Assembly: GCF_006345805.1 (NCBI RefSeq)
Contig: NW_021835822.1
Coordinates: 1 to 38,159 of the forward strand
DNA: 38,159 nt
DNA from: Octopus sinensis
Lineage: Eukaryota
Direction: 5' to 3'
The position numbers were made by a program, and so were the translations under genes. A model generated the notes under the pieces. It was not told the DNA's origin and did not search any database. It saw only the letters and a list, made by a program, of their open reading frames with translations. This document shows, piece by piece, positions 23,889-35,917 of this stretch (position 1 is its first letter; every line of letters begins with the position of its first letter).

Positions 23889-24568
23889 ATAGGAGAAGGA
23901 AAGATCCCGAGAAGGGAAGACAGGGGGAAAAATCGCTAGTGATACAGACGAGGTCACATACTAAAAGACCGTATATATATATACGTACATATATAGATAG
24001 ATTATATAAATATAGTCATATGTATGTGCGTGTTTATCCGTGTTTGAGTGTATGTGTGTGTGCTTGTGAGTGTGTGTGCTTGTGAGTGTGTGTGCTTGTG
24101 AGTGTGTGTGCTTGTGAGTGTGTGTATGTGTATATGTTTGAGTGTGTGTATGTGTGTGTGTATGTATGTGGTGAACATATTTGTGTATAAATATGTGTAT
24201 ATAAATACATACCTACACATATATACATGCATATAGCTGTACATATAAATGAGTTGATGTGTTGTGTGTGCGCGTGCGTATGTTCCTTATGCATTCGAAA
24301 ACCGAGTTGCCGATTTTGACATATAGGGTATCAAAATATTCAGTAATCTTTCGGCCACTAAATAAACTGCGTTTTCATTTAGATATATTTTACGTTATCT
24401 CAACAACCAGCTATAGTTATTTGAAGGACACTGCTCTACAACGACCAGGTTTCATTAGAAAGGGGAAAAAAAGTTTCACACTTTCAATTTGAACCGAAAT
24501 TTTTAAATGCTGCATTACGAGAGTAACGATGTGTGAATAATGAAAGTAATGTTTCTCCGAATTAGTCA

Positions 24569-24967
24569 GGCGCAGGAGTGGCTGTGTGGTAAGTAGCTTG
24601 CCTACCAACCACACGGTTCCGGGTTCAGTCCCACTGCGTGGCATCTTGGGCAAGGTGTCTTCTGCTATAGCCCCGGGCCGACCAATGCCGTGTGAGTGGA
24701 TTTGGTTGACGGAAACTGAAAGAAGCCTGTCGTATATATGTATATATATATATATGTATGTGTTTGTGTGTCTGTGTTTGTGCCCCTAGCATTGCCTGAC
24801 AACCGATGCTGGTGTGTTTATGTCCCCGTTACTTAGCGGTTCGGCAAAAGAGACCGATAGAATAAGTACTGGGCTTCCAAAGAATAAGTCCCGGGGTCGA
24901 TTTGGTCGACTAAAGGCGGTGCTCCAGCATGGCCGCAGTCAAATGACTGAAACAAGTAAAAAAAAAA
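24569..24967 (+). mobile_element. SINE family B, full copy
   Basis: Full-length match. Confidence 0.92.
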
Positions 24968-24969
24968 TA

Positions 24970-25023
24970 TCTGTACTATAATAAAGAAAGAAACTTTTAT
25001 CTAAAATATATATATATAAATTC

Positions 25024-25095
<72 letters not shown>

Positions 25096-25200
25096 CTCTA
25101 TGCATTCTCGAACGGCTCGACTAAATCAAATCAAATTTTACAAGGTAACAGTATCAGACCCCGTGAGTGTCAGCATGTAATCTTTTTTCATTTGCATTAA
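24970..25200 (+). mobile_element. Helitron-like 5' end with (GTCT)n
   Basis: A|TCTGTACTATAATAAAG, a second A|TCTAAAATATATA at 25000, then (TGTC)n(TG)n. No matching 3' CTAG end found. Confidence 0.5.
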
Positions 25201-25351
25201 AACAATATATCACTGGCACTGGTTCTGCATTCCCTGTTAAAAGTGAAAGAAGTGAAATCTATGTTGTAATGTGATATAATATGTTTCACACATACGCACG
25301 CACACACACACACACCACACACCACACACACACAAACATATATTATATATA

Positions 25352-25395
<44 letters not shown>

Positions 25396-25723
25396 TGAGA
25401 AGAGTTGCTATTAAAAACCATTTCAGGCTATTAAATTTTAGATATGAAAATTTGTATTTTTTTATCTGCACTCCATTTGATGAGTTTCATCTCTGATAAT
25501 TGTTCGTAGTAGGTCTATATTCAAACCATTTGAAATGTAGTTTAGATGTAAATATCAAGCAATTTTTTGTCATTAAAGATGAAGTTAGAGTTTGACAAAA
25601 ATTACTAAGTTGGTTGGCAATTCATTCTTTCTTTGATTATTTAATTCAACTTCAAAATCTTGCATCACACCAGACATATACTATGCAGATTTCTTCTCCA
25701 AATGAGCTGTGGCTTTGTTAAAA

Positions 25724-26045
25724 ATGAATGACCATGGGATTTCACCTAGAAAGTTACTCTTTCAGGCATAAGTCTGGGCAAGGATGTTTATGGAAGACCA
25801 GCAGTCGCCCATGAATACCAGCCTCCCCTCTCCACGCCACCAGTGTTATCCAAGGGAAAGGCAAAGGGGCCGATACAGCTTGGCACCTGTGACGTTGCAA
25901 CTCATATCCACAGCTGAGTGAACTGGAGCAACGTGAAATAAAGTATATTGTTCAAGAATACAACACGCAGGTCGGTCCGCGATTCGAACTCAAAACCTCC
26001 CGATCGTAAGCTCGACACTTTAACCACTGAGCCATGCGCCTTCAC
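25724..26045 (-). mobile_element. SINE family D
   Basis: tRNA head at the right end (rc of GATTCGAACTC is a B-box); body matches 8084-8428. Confidence 0.85.
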
Positions 26046-26309
26046 ACACACACACACACACACGCACGCGCGCGCGCATATATATATATCCTACCAAAGA
26101 CAACACGTAATCTGTCCATAAAATAAGGAAGATTGTAGAAAACCGAAGGCGAGATTCTCAATAGAGAAAGGAGATGAGACTTCCCCAAGATCAGCAAAGG
26201 CATGCTCCAGCACTTAATCCTGAATCATAAAAGCAACATTTTAATGATTAGGTAGAGGTACAATAGAATATCTCTCAGAAACAGAACACGTTCAAATTCG
26301 TTCTTCACA

Positions 26310-26620
26310 ACTCCTGGAGCTGCTTTCAGATATGATCCATCCCATTCTTATGAAAATGATAGTTTTCTCAAAATTTGTGTGCTACACTCACATTGTCATT
26401 TCTGCAAAGTTTTCAAATTTCCAAATGAAACTAATGGCATGTGCTGCTCAGGCGTTATGGTAAGATTACCAACACTGCCAGCTAGATCCTCCTCAATCTC
26501 TTTTGGATCTTCTGGAAGGCACTTCCATCCAAAATATAAAACTCTGTATTTCAAATGGTATCGTTTGGTGCGTCTAAGGAGATATTTGAAAATGGGTGTA
26601 TGCCGACGTTCAAAGTGAAC
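26310..26620 (+). pseudogene. Helitron Rep/helicase N-terminal remnant
   Basis: AAFRYDP, CHFCKVFKFPNETNGMCCSG.VRLP and SVFQMVSFGASKEIFENGCMPTFKV match the Helitron CxxCxAxKF..E..GxCC and FQMTSFGA..PTFKVQG motifs; frameshifted and internally deleted. Confidence 0.75.
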
Positions 26621-26715
26621 ATTTTCTTATTATTATCAAATAATGTATATATGTATTTTAATACTTTCGTGGCAACCAGTACTTAACACAACGAAGCTTA
26701 TACAAAGCTTTACAT

Positions 26716-26763
26716 TTTATATTTGACAATCTTTTTCTAAAAAAGTGAAACCGGTCAAGTGAA
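26716..26763 (+). ncRNA. Decayed minimal hammerhead (UUGACAA core)
   Basis: U-CUUUUU-CUA-AAAAAG-U, GAAA, palindromic ACCGGU, GUC site (C26756), followed by AATAAA; stem I imperfect. Confidence 0.55.
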
Positions 26764-26950
26764 TAAACATCTTTAAAATTGCATTTTCAAACCTTCTTTC
26801 ATATATATGTATATGTATATACAGGGAGAATACTAGATCTCATTTGTATTTTTGGATTCGCTAGTACTGGTGGTCTGGCATGGTTTGTCCGGTGTTACCT
26901 ATATCGGAAGGGTATGTTTGATTCTTAGTACTTTCAAATCTAAATCAGAA

Positions 26951-27026
26951 GAAATCTCTGAGCTGATGAAGGAAATGTTGGCGTTTAATCAACTAATCCA
27001 GAAACAGGCTTGTCCTCGGGTATCTC
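26951..27026 (+). ncRNA. Type I hammerhead ribozyme motif
   Basis: Stem I UCUGAG/CUCGGG (extendable), CUGAUGA, GGA/UCC plus GUUG/CAAC stem II, GAAA, self-complementary ACAGGCUUGU, GUC site (C27014). Confidence 0.8.
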
Positions 27027-27191
27027 ATATGGATGTGATCTTTCGTTGTTTTTCCCTTATACCTATATGAGTTATTTCTGAGTATGCATTGTCTGGGAGA
27101 CTTTTTCTTGCAGTAGAAGAAATAGCCATATTTTTGGCTGCTATTTCTAAAAAGCTCGGTGTGGGGTAAAGTAAATTATTTTACTTTACCC

Positions 27192-27236
<45 letters not shown>

Positions 27237-27859
27237 GTAGTCATACATACATACACACAGCGGACTTTCAACTATAAGACATAGTTTAATTCTTTGCGCT
27301 TATCTTGATTGTAAATGTTCAAAAGTTACTGAAATGTAAAGCTTCCCTTTGGGGATTTGAAGAATAATTACGTCTGTGTATTAGTGAAATGTGTTGCCAG
27401 TGGAAATTGTAATGTATTTATGTTTCTTTTATTAATTTCTTCCTTCAAAAACACTATACATTTACATGCTTAATTCTCAATTACTTTAGAGCAAACGCAC
27501 AGTGAATTTACTGAAATGCTTCAATGTTCTTACCTACAAGCCAACTCTTCCAAAACATCATTTGTAAACGACTATAAGGTTTTTGCCGCCGTTTCTGCGC
27601 CAGTTATCGCTCTATTTGCTATTTGTTTTCGACGTGATGTGATTCGGTTCTTATAATGGAAATATTCATCCATTAGTAAAGCTGGTGATTTCTATTTCCT
27701 TTTCATACATCGTCCAACAATTTTATGATTGTATTATTTATTTTTTCTTCCTGATCAATGACTTTCTAATATTCTTTCAAAACCTGATCCTCAGTAGTTG
27801 TCCAATCTCGGGCATTATTGCGCGGAATCAAAATGCGGATGTTGCTATAAATTTCGTTC

Positions 27860-28118
27860 ATTATTTGGGAACACACACACACACATTATATAATTATATA
27901 TGTATATATACTTACATATACATACACACGCACAACCATATATATATATATATACATATACATATACATATACATATATATATATATATACGTATATATA
28001 TGTGTATATATATATATATATGTATATGTATATATATATATTATATATACATACATATATACATATATATATACATATATATGTTTATATATATGTATAT
28101 ACATGTATATATATATAC

Positions 28119-28188
<70 letters not shown>

Positions 28189-28290
28189 GGGAATGTATAT
28201 ATCTATATATGGGATTCTCATCCACAATATTAACAATGGCATATACATATACATATATATATATATACGTATATATATGTGTATATATAT

Positions 28291-28331
<41 letters not shown>

Positions 28332-28437
28332 CATACATATATACATATATATATACATATATATGTTTATATATATGTATATACATGTATATATATATAC
28401 ATATATATACATATATATATATATATGTATATATATG

Positions 28438-28510
<73 letters not shown>

Positions 28511-28563
28511 GAATGTATATAACTATATATGGGATTTCTCATCCACAATATTAACAATGGCAT
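27860..28563. repeat. Complex AT/AC microsatellite with a 320-bp tandem duplication
   Basis: Unique island GGGAATGTAT..CATCCACAATATTAACAATGGCAT at 28189-28242 and 28509-28563. Confidence 0.9.
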
Positions 28564-29159
28564 CATGAAAAGTTAAAAGCACCGGGGAAGAAATCCTTTA
28601 GCATCAATAATATTGTTTGCAAATTAGAACCGTTCCATCCTTGAAGTAGTTTTAAGAAGCAAATAGTGATTTTATTGCCCGAATCTTGCATTTACTTAAC
28701 AAGTACGAAGTATAAAGATTTAAGGGAAAAGAGCCGATTGTGCCGCTTAATTACTGCGATGATATAGCTGGAAACTGTTTTTAAAAAAAAAGTAGAAAAT
28801 GCTTATGAATAAAGTATTAGGAAAAACAGTGCAATATTATTGAGCAATAGTAATAACCCTGCACAACATCACTAACAAGAACAACATCAATAAGAAGAAC
28901 AAAAGCAACAGCAACACAAGATACGTTTATAGTGAAAAACGAGAGCATAGGATATTTGTATGCAACAGGGAACGACGTAAAACGAAAGATCCAATTCACT
29001 TCATACAGTTTTAAAGCGAAAACCTCTGTAAGAAACTTCACACTTGACCGTAAATTGCGTTAAATATTCTCTCAAGTTGTGAGAAACTACACAGAAAAAA
29101 AAAAAAGAATAAAAGATGACAAAAATATGCAAAAAGTAAAATGAATGAAATGAAATGAT

Positions 29160-29310
29160 AATGTTCGTTTTTACTTATTTTCTTGTTTGTTTCGATCATT
29201 GGACTGCAGCCGGACTGGTGCACCCCTCTCTTAGGGTTACGTTGAAAAAAAATTGATCCCACTATTCACTTTATGTATCGTACATATAGTGTGCTTTCTT
29301 TTGCCGAAGC
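29160..29310 (-). mobile_element. Diverged SINE B-like 3' fragment
   Basis: TTGTTTCGATCATTGGACTGCAGCC..TTTTGCCGAA. Confidence 0.5.
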
Positions 29311-29500
29311 ATGAGCAATGGTCAGTGATGGTCTTCCTCGGTAACATGTAGACAGCCATCACCCCCCCCCCCACACACACACATGCACACACACGCGCAC
29401 ACACACACATATATAAGCCGAGGTCAAAAGCCTGGGTGAAGCTGGCATTTTGCATGAGCAATAATCTTCCTCGGTCAAGTCACGAGTTGACAGCCACCGT

Positions 29501-29730
29501 CGGCGAGCTGGCAGAAACGTTAGCACGCCGGGCGAAATGCTTTGTGGGTATTTCGTCTGCCGCTACGTTCTGAGTTCAAATTCCGCCGAGGTCGACTTTG
29601 CCTTTCATCCTTTTGGGGTCGATTAAATAAGTACCAGTTATGTACTGGGGTCGATGTAATCGACTTAATCCGTTTGTCTGTCCTTGTTTGTCCCCTCTAT
29701 GTTTAGCCCCTTGTGAGTAATAAAGAAATA
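29501..29730 (+). mobile_element. SINE family A, full copy
   Basis: Full-length match. Confidence 0.92.
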
Positions 29731-30108
29731 CGTATTTACATAAATAAATAAATAAATAAATAAAATGGAAACCATTAGACAGAACTCGAACCCTTTATTT
29801 GTCGACAATCTAGCGCCGTTGATGATGATGATAACATTATGGAGTATCACGAACTAACACAGAAACTCGTTTGTGGTCGCTCGACCTAGGAGAGATAGAG
29901 AAAAAATGTCCCACATATCAAAAATTTATATCTTTAAAAAGGCGGCATTTAAAGATAGTGCTTTCAATTCATGAACAAAATTAAGCTGGACAGCAACAGT
30001 TGATACGCTATGATCGTATATCTGATGGATCAGAAGTTATCTAGAATTAACAACTACAATTATTCTTTATAAACTATATATATCTATATATATATATATA
30101 TATATATA

Positions 30109-30297
30109 GGCGCAGGAGTGTTTATGCTTGTGTGTTTATGTACCCGCCACTTAGCGGTTTGACAAAAGAGACCGATAGAATAAGTACTGGGCTTACAAAG
30201 AATAAGTCCCGGGGTCGATTTGCTCGATTAAAGACGGTGCTCCAGCATGGCCGCAGTCAAATGACTGAAACAATTAAAAGGGTAAAGAATAAAAAGT
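30109..30297 (+). mobile_element. SINE family B with a large internal deletion
   Basis: GGCGCAGGAGTG is joined directly to the 3' half. Confidence 0.8.
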
Positions 30298-30302
30298 ATG
30301 TA

Positions 30303-30346
<44 letters not shown>

Positions 30347-30354
30347 TGTGTGTA

Positions 30355-31003
30355 CAGGATGGCGTGAATAAATTGTCGTCTAAATCACGCAAAAGTGAAA
30401 GTAACTCTGACATCTCATTTTAAACAGCTCTGTATACCAAAATTACGTGAAAATATCTTGAAATAGGAAAGAGTAAATTCATTCATTAACATGGTTTCGC
30501 CTTCAACCACGGCCTGCAGATGACTTCCGAATCTTCTGTAACTCCTCTGTGTGGTCTCCTTGTTTAAGTGTGCAAATGCTGCCATAATCCTTGCCTTCAG
30601 TTCATCTTTGGTGTTACAACGAGTTTTGTTGGTCTCTTACTCAACTGCACCCCCACCTATAATAATCAAGGGGGTTGCAGTCTGGGGAGTTAGGTGGCCA
30701 GATGTTAGGGGTGATGTGGTCGTAGATATTGTCTGACAGCCATGTCTGAGTTCTCCTGCTTTTGTAGTGGCGCAGAGTCCTGTCTCTAGACATAGGGTCT
30801 TCCAACACACACTTGACTCAGGGCAGCAGTACCTATTCCAACCATTTGAAGTTGGGTCTGTGGCCGTGTGGTAAGATAAATAGAGTTCTTTTCTTATCAG
30901 AACGATCAGAGTGAGTTTTGTGTAGTCGACAAAATCAAAGACAAGCAATGCGCATGCGCGAAATTAAAGATATAAAACGGCAGCAATTACCCATCGGAAC
31001 CTG
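30355..31003 (-). mobile_element. Internally deleted Tc1/mariner DD37D (maT-type) transposon
   Basis: QDSAP..WLSDNIYDHITPNIWPPNSPDCNPLDY gives 37 residues between the two Asp after repairing one frameshift. TA|CAGG..CCTG|TA ends with decayed TIRs. Confidence 0.8.
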
Positions 31004-31005
31004 TA

Positions 31006-31048
<43 letters not shown>

Positions 31049-31091
31049 ATCTATCTATCTATCTATCTATCTCTCTATCTATCTATCTGTC

Positions 31092-31128
<37 letters not shown>

Positions 31129-31130
<2 letters not shown>

Positions 31131-31249
31131 TCACGTGATCACGTGACCGACCAGTCCATCAGATGTAGTTAACACATCGCTGGTCACAATGCGTTCGCAT
31201 TGTTTTAGCCTTCAAATGACGTCACCCGCTGGCTAAGCGAGCAGGCCAA
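31129..31249 (-). mobile_element. Short repeat fragment ending in tandem TCACGTGA, flanked by (TA)n
   Basis: GC-rich island with ATCACGTGATCACGTGA; resembles a retroelement 3' end; family unknown. Confidence 0.4.
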
Positions 31250-31510
31250 TATATATAAATATATACATATATGTATACATGTATATTTCAAAAAATTTAG
31301 AGGGTAAGAAAGTAGAACATTCCTTCAAAATTCAACATGCTTCTTGCCGACGTGGCAAATATGTGTATATAGACAGAGGTAGAAAGATGGAGGCGGCAAA
31401 AGCTACTTCCTTACAAGTTGAAAATAGATGTTCAAATAAACATCAACGATCTGCTTTGATACGAAATAGCTGTAAAAAGCGGGCGGAATGAATAAAAGTT
31501 TATTTCAAAA

Positions 31511-31904
31511 CTAGCAGTATCCCCCGGCTTTGCTCGGGTTTGTAAGGGAAATAACTATATAAGCATTTTTAGAGATGTAAAGTATAATAGCCATCTCAAT
31601 ATGTCTAACCACAAAGGAGGGGGGTGTTACTGTAGCTTTTTACGTTCTGGGATTTAATAATAAATTTTTAGAGAGTTACTCCCCTTATATATGCCAAAAA
31701 GGCAGTAAAAATGGGAAAATTTGATGGTAATTTTTTTTTAAATCGTAGACTCATCGTAGACGCGCGCTAATACCCAGAAGGGCTCGATATGAATCACGAC
31801 TATAAGATACCCGGTTTTGGTTAAACTGCACCGCAAAATGTGGGAGTATTTAGGAATCTAAATCGTAGGAGACAGACGCACAACTTCACTTTTATATATA
31901 AAGA
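31511..31904 (-). mobile_element. Non-autonomous Helitron, 394 bp
   Basis: On the minus strand: A|TC start, GC hairpin CCCGAGCAAAGCCGGG, then CTAG|T end; no TSD. Confidence 0.88.
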
Positions 31905-32074
31905 TTACAGTGGCTTAATAGTTTCGAGTTTAACGTTCAAATTAAATAAATTAATTTAACGTAAATTTGGCACGTGGACGTTTATTTATTATATATGGCG
32001 GTGCATCAGCATGGCCGCAGCTCTGAGCTGGAACAAGAAAAAGAAAGATATACATTTATTATTATTATGTATAT

Positions 32075-32275
32075 GTGTGTGTGTTGGTGCCTGTGTTTGT
32101 TCCTCCCACCCCATCGCTCGACAACCCTCGTTGGTGTGTTTGCGTCTCCATTATCTGGCGGTTCAGCCAAAAAGATTGATAGAATGGATACCATTCGACT
32201 AAAAATTAAACGTGGTGCCTCAGCATGGCTGCAGTCTAATGACTGAAACAAGTAAAAGAGAAAAAGATAAAGACA
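32075..32275 (+). mobile_element. SINE family B 3' half (diverged); further fragment at 31996-32040
   Basis: CAGCATGGCTGCAGTC.AATGACTGAAACAAGTAAAAGAG tail. Confidence 0.7.
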
Positions 32276-32339
32276 TTATCCTTATGAACAGACTGCTTTT
32301 CGATCATGATTCTGATCGACCAGGACTGATCTGAGTATT

Positions 32340-32630
32340 GTTTGTTCCTTCTTGAGCCGCGCCTGGCTCATAAGGGCCGGTTTCCCGGTTTCCTTGGTGT
32401 ATAGGTTCCCCACCTGGACGTTGCAGCTGAGCTGCAAAATGCAGGAGGAAAGAGTGAGAGAAACTTGTGGCAAAAGAGTCAGTAGATGTTTCGCCATTAC
32501 CTTCTGCCGGAGCCGCGTGGAGCTTAGGTGTTTCGCTCATAAAAACACGCATCGCCCGGTCTGAGATTCGAACTCGCGATCCCTCGACCGCGAGTCCGCT
32601 GCTTTAACCACTAGGCCATGTGCATACACA
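32340..32630 (-). mobile_element. SINE with a family C head and a different 3' tail
   Basis: 32437-32630 aligns to 16510-16706; 32340-32430 does not align to the family C tail. Confidence 0.75.
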
Positions 32631-32831
32631 GAGTATAAACGACAACAACAACAACAACAACAACAACAACGACGACAACAGTCCAAACTGCTGCACTACC
32701 GTTCACGTTTATATGCAATGGAAGAAAACTTTTTAACCGCAATTGGGAAATAGCATAACGTATAAATGTTCCCTACATGTAGAATAAAATAAGAACTGCA
32801 GTAAGCACATTTTTCTTCCACACAAATATGG

Positions 32832-33407
32832 TTTCTGATTATAAATATCTTGGGTCATACATATCATCATCTGGAAAAGACTTTCTAACTAGAAAGGGTA
32901 TGGCCTGGTCAGCCTGTAATGACATGCATAAGATCTGGTCATCAAATCTAAGTAGAGACTTCAAACTTGAAATATTCAAAGCCACAATCGAACCAATTCT
33001 ACTATATGGCTCAGAAACCTGAACGTTATTAAAGAAGCTTGTGAGGCGGTTGGATGGAACCTACACTCGCCTCCTTATGAGAGCTCAAAATCTCTCGTGG
33101 AAGCGTCATCCAACCAAAATGCAAATATATGGGAAACTACCACCTGTGTCATCTCTTGTGAAAGGTAGGAGAGTCCAGTTTGCTGGACATTGTTGTAGAG
33201 CTGAAAAAGAAGTAATTTTTACCATTCTCCTCTGGAAGCCATCTACTCGCAATACCAGAGGACGCACACTCTCCTACCCTGATGTAATCTCCAGGGATAC
33301 AGGCATCCAGCAACAGGACCTCCGTAATGCTATGATGCACCGTGAAGTCTGGCGTAGCATGGTAAATTCCATTGTCTCGACCACGGTCGAACAATGATGA
33401 TGATGAT
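32832..33407 (+). mobile_element. 5'-truncated RTE-clade LINE with (TGA)n tail and 14-15 bp TSD
   Basis: YKYLGS..LLYGSET*..VQFAGHC..RGR in one frame with a single TGG>TGA; CCA(C/T)ACAAATATGG at 32818-32831 and 33408-33421. Confidence 0.92.
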
Positions 33408-33706
33408 CCATACAAATATGGCAACTTTTATCGATATAAATTTAAATAGCTTTAAAAGTGACACGTTCTTTGTCCTACGGACATTTCTTTCTCTTCCATT
33501 TCCCTCACACAAGATCGGTAGCTAGAAAGAAAATATTAAATACGTTTGACAGTCGTATATTAAATCATTGAGGTCTGCGTATGTATAGGTATATATGTAA
33601 ATTTGTAAACGTTGATTAATGTACACTTGTATATTCACACGCACACTTGCCTAGGCAAATGAATATATCTACATACCCATGTTCGTGTGTGTAAATCGAT
33701 TTGCGT

Positions 33707-33791
33707 AGAAGTATGTATGTATGTATGTATGTATGTATGTATGTATGTATGTATGTATGTATGTATGTACGTACGTATGCATGCATGTATG

Positions 33792-33825
<34 letters not shown>

Positions 33826-33997
33826 TGTATGTATGTATGTATGCATGTATGATGTATGTATGTTTGTATGTATGTATGTAAGTATGTATGTATGTATGTT
33901 TGTATGTTTGTATGTATGTTTGTTTGTATGTATGCATGCATGTATGTATATATGTATGTACGCATATATGTATTATGTATGTACGTATGTATGTATG

Positions 33998-34031
<34 letters not shown>

Positions 34032-34070
34032 TGTATGTACGTATGTATGTACGTGTGTATGTATACATTC
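33707..34070. repeat. (GTAT)n microsatellite
   Basis: Directly visible. Confidence 0.95.
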
Positions 34071-34077
34071 ATCTTGC

Positions 34078-34335
34078 ATGGTGGAGGTGTGGCTGTTTGG
34101 AAAGGAACAAGCTTACCAACAGGGTTCAGTCCCATTGCGTGGTACCTTGGGCAAATATCTTTACATTATATATGTGTGTACATATATGTATATATATATG
34201 AGCCTTTGTGTCAGTGTTTGTCCCCTGCCCCCAGCCGCTTGATAACCGTGTGTTTTGCTTCGCCGTAACTTAACAGGCATAGGAATCCGATAGAATAAGT
34301 ACCAGGCTTAAATAGTTTTAAAGGTGACAGATTCC
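34078..34335 (+). mobile_element. Diverged SINE family B
   Basis: GGGTTCAGTCCCATTGCGTGGTACCTTGGGCAAA and GATAGAATAAGTACCAGG. Confidence 0.7.
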
Positions 34336-34362
34336 TTGTCCTATGGGATATTTCTTTTTCTT

Positions 34363-34364
<2 letters not shown>

Positions 34365-34423
<59 letters not shown>

Positions 34424-34611
34424 CCTGTGTGTGTCTGTATATACATATATATATATATACACACATGCACATTTATATATATATATATGTGTGTGTGTAT
34501 ATATGTTTGTATATGTGTATATATATACAATGTATTTATGTATATATATATATTTATGTTATATAATAAATATATATATTATATATATAATATATATGTT
34601 TATGTATATAA

Positions 34612-34705
<94 letters not shown>

Positions 34706-34942
34706 TATATATGCATATGTATATATATTTATACATATATATATTTATACAAAAAATTCTTATAATTAAGAGTATAATTGTAATTAGGGTTCAGCAAAAA
34801 AATTTGCTTCACCACATACCGATATTTAGAAATAAAAGCCAAACTAGTTCTCCCAGAGAGCAATTAATTAATTGATTAATTGAGTAATTAATTACTTAAT
34901 TAATTTTACACTTTATTATTATATATATATTGATATATATTT

Positions 34943-34976
<34 letters not shown>

Positions 34977-34995
34977 AATATATATATATATATGT
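34365..34995. repeat. (TA)n-rich low-complexity tract
   Basis: Directly visible. Confidence 0.95.
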
Positions 34996-35027
34996 GTGTT
35001 GTGTGTGTGTGTTCTGTATGTACATAT

Positions 35028-35408
35028 ACTCTTACTCTTTACTCTTTTACTTGTTTCAGTCATTTGACTGCGGCCATGCTGGAGCACCACCTTTAGTCGA
35101 GCATATCGACCCTGGGATTTATTCTTTTGTAAGCCCAGTACTTATTCTATCGGTCTCTTTTTGCCGAACCGCTAAGTGACGGGGACGTAAAACACCAGCA
35201 TCGGTTGGGGGGACAAACGCAGACACACAAACATATACACACATACATATATATATATATACATATATATACGATAGGCTTCTTTCAGTTTCCGTCTACC
35301 AAATCCACTCACAAGGCATTGGTCGGCCCAAGATGCCACGCATTGGGACTGAACCCGGAGCCGTGTGGTTGGTAAGCAAGCTACTTACCACACAGCCACT
35401 CCCGCGCC
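35028..35408 (-). mobile_element. SINE family B with small internal deletions
   Basis: Family match; GGCCC|AAGATGCC junction with GCCC microhomology. Confidence 0.88.
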
Positions 35409-35436
35409 TATATATATATATATATATATATGCTAT

Positions 35437-35471
<35 letters not shown>

Positions 35472-35874
35472 TTTAATAATCATGTCAAAAAAGTTTTATA
35501 TTAATTTGATTAATATCATTTAAACCCAGTGCCTAGCATATTGAAAATCTGAAGATTCCTAAACTTCATATTACATACATATGCGGGGGCGGGGCGACCA
35601 CTAAGTGTACATTTACATATGTAAGTGGTAACAATGAAACCTGATATGTGACTATTATATTTTGTATCTTGTCCTGGCCTTTGCTGAATTTTTTTCAGAA
35701 CAATCTTTTCTTAGTGGTCAGACTCTATGGGGTCTACAACAAGCGTAGTGGATGTTCACTTAGTGGTCATCATATATATTTATTGAAAACAAGTGGATGT
35801 ATTCCACTGAAACTAGGTAAGTAGATTCTTCGAACAGGGACAGTCAGTAGCGACACCTGGTGGGGTCTGACTAC

Positions 35875-35917
35875 GCTGCATTGATAAAGGGCAAATACCC
35901 TGAAACATGTCTGCAGC
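35875..35917 (+). ncRNA. Minimal type I hammerhead with U3-A8 core variant
   Basis: GCUGCA/UGCAGC, UUGAUAA, AGGG-CAAAUA-CCCU, GAAA, palindromic ACAUGU, GUC site (C35911). Confidence 0.8.

Noticed and set aside
31129-31170. CUGAUGG-AC..GUC..UCACGUGAUC on the minus strand, resembling the 12.4-kb hammerhead
   Set aside because: It lacks A9, GAAA and a stem I.
32345-32420. GC-rich segment considered as an HDV-like ribozyme
   Set aside because: I could not build the nested double pseudoknot by eye.
35783-35825. UUGAAAA..AGUGGA/UCCACU-GAAAC-UAG-GUA, a second hammerhead-like motif
   Set aside because: Stem II is good, but there are two extra bases after the core and no stem I. At best a decayed copy.
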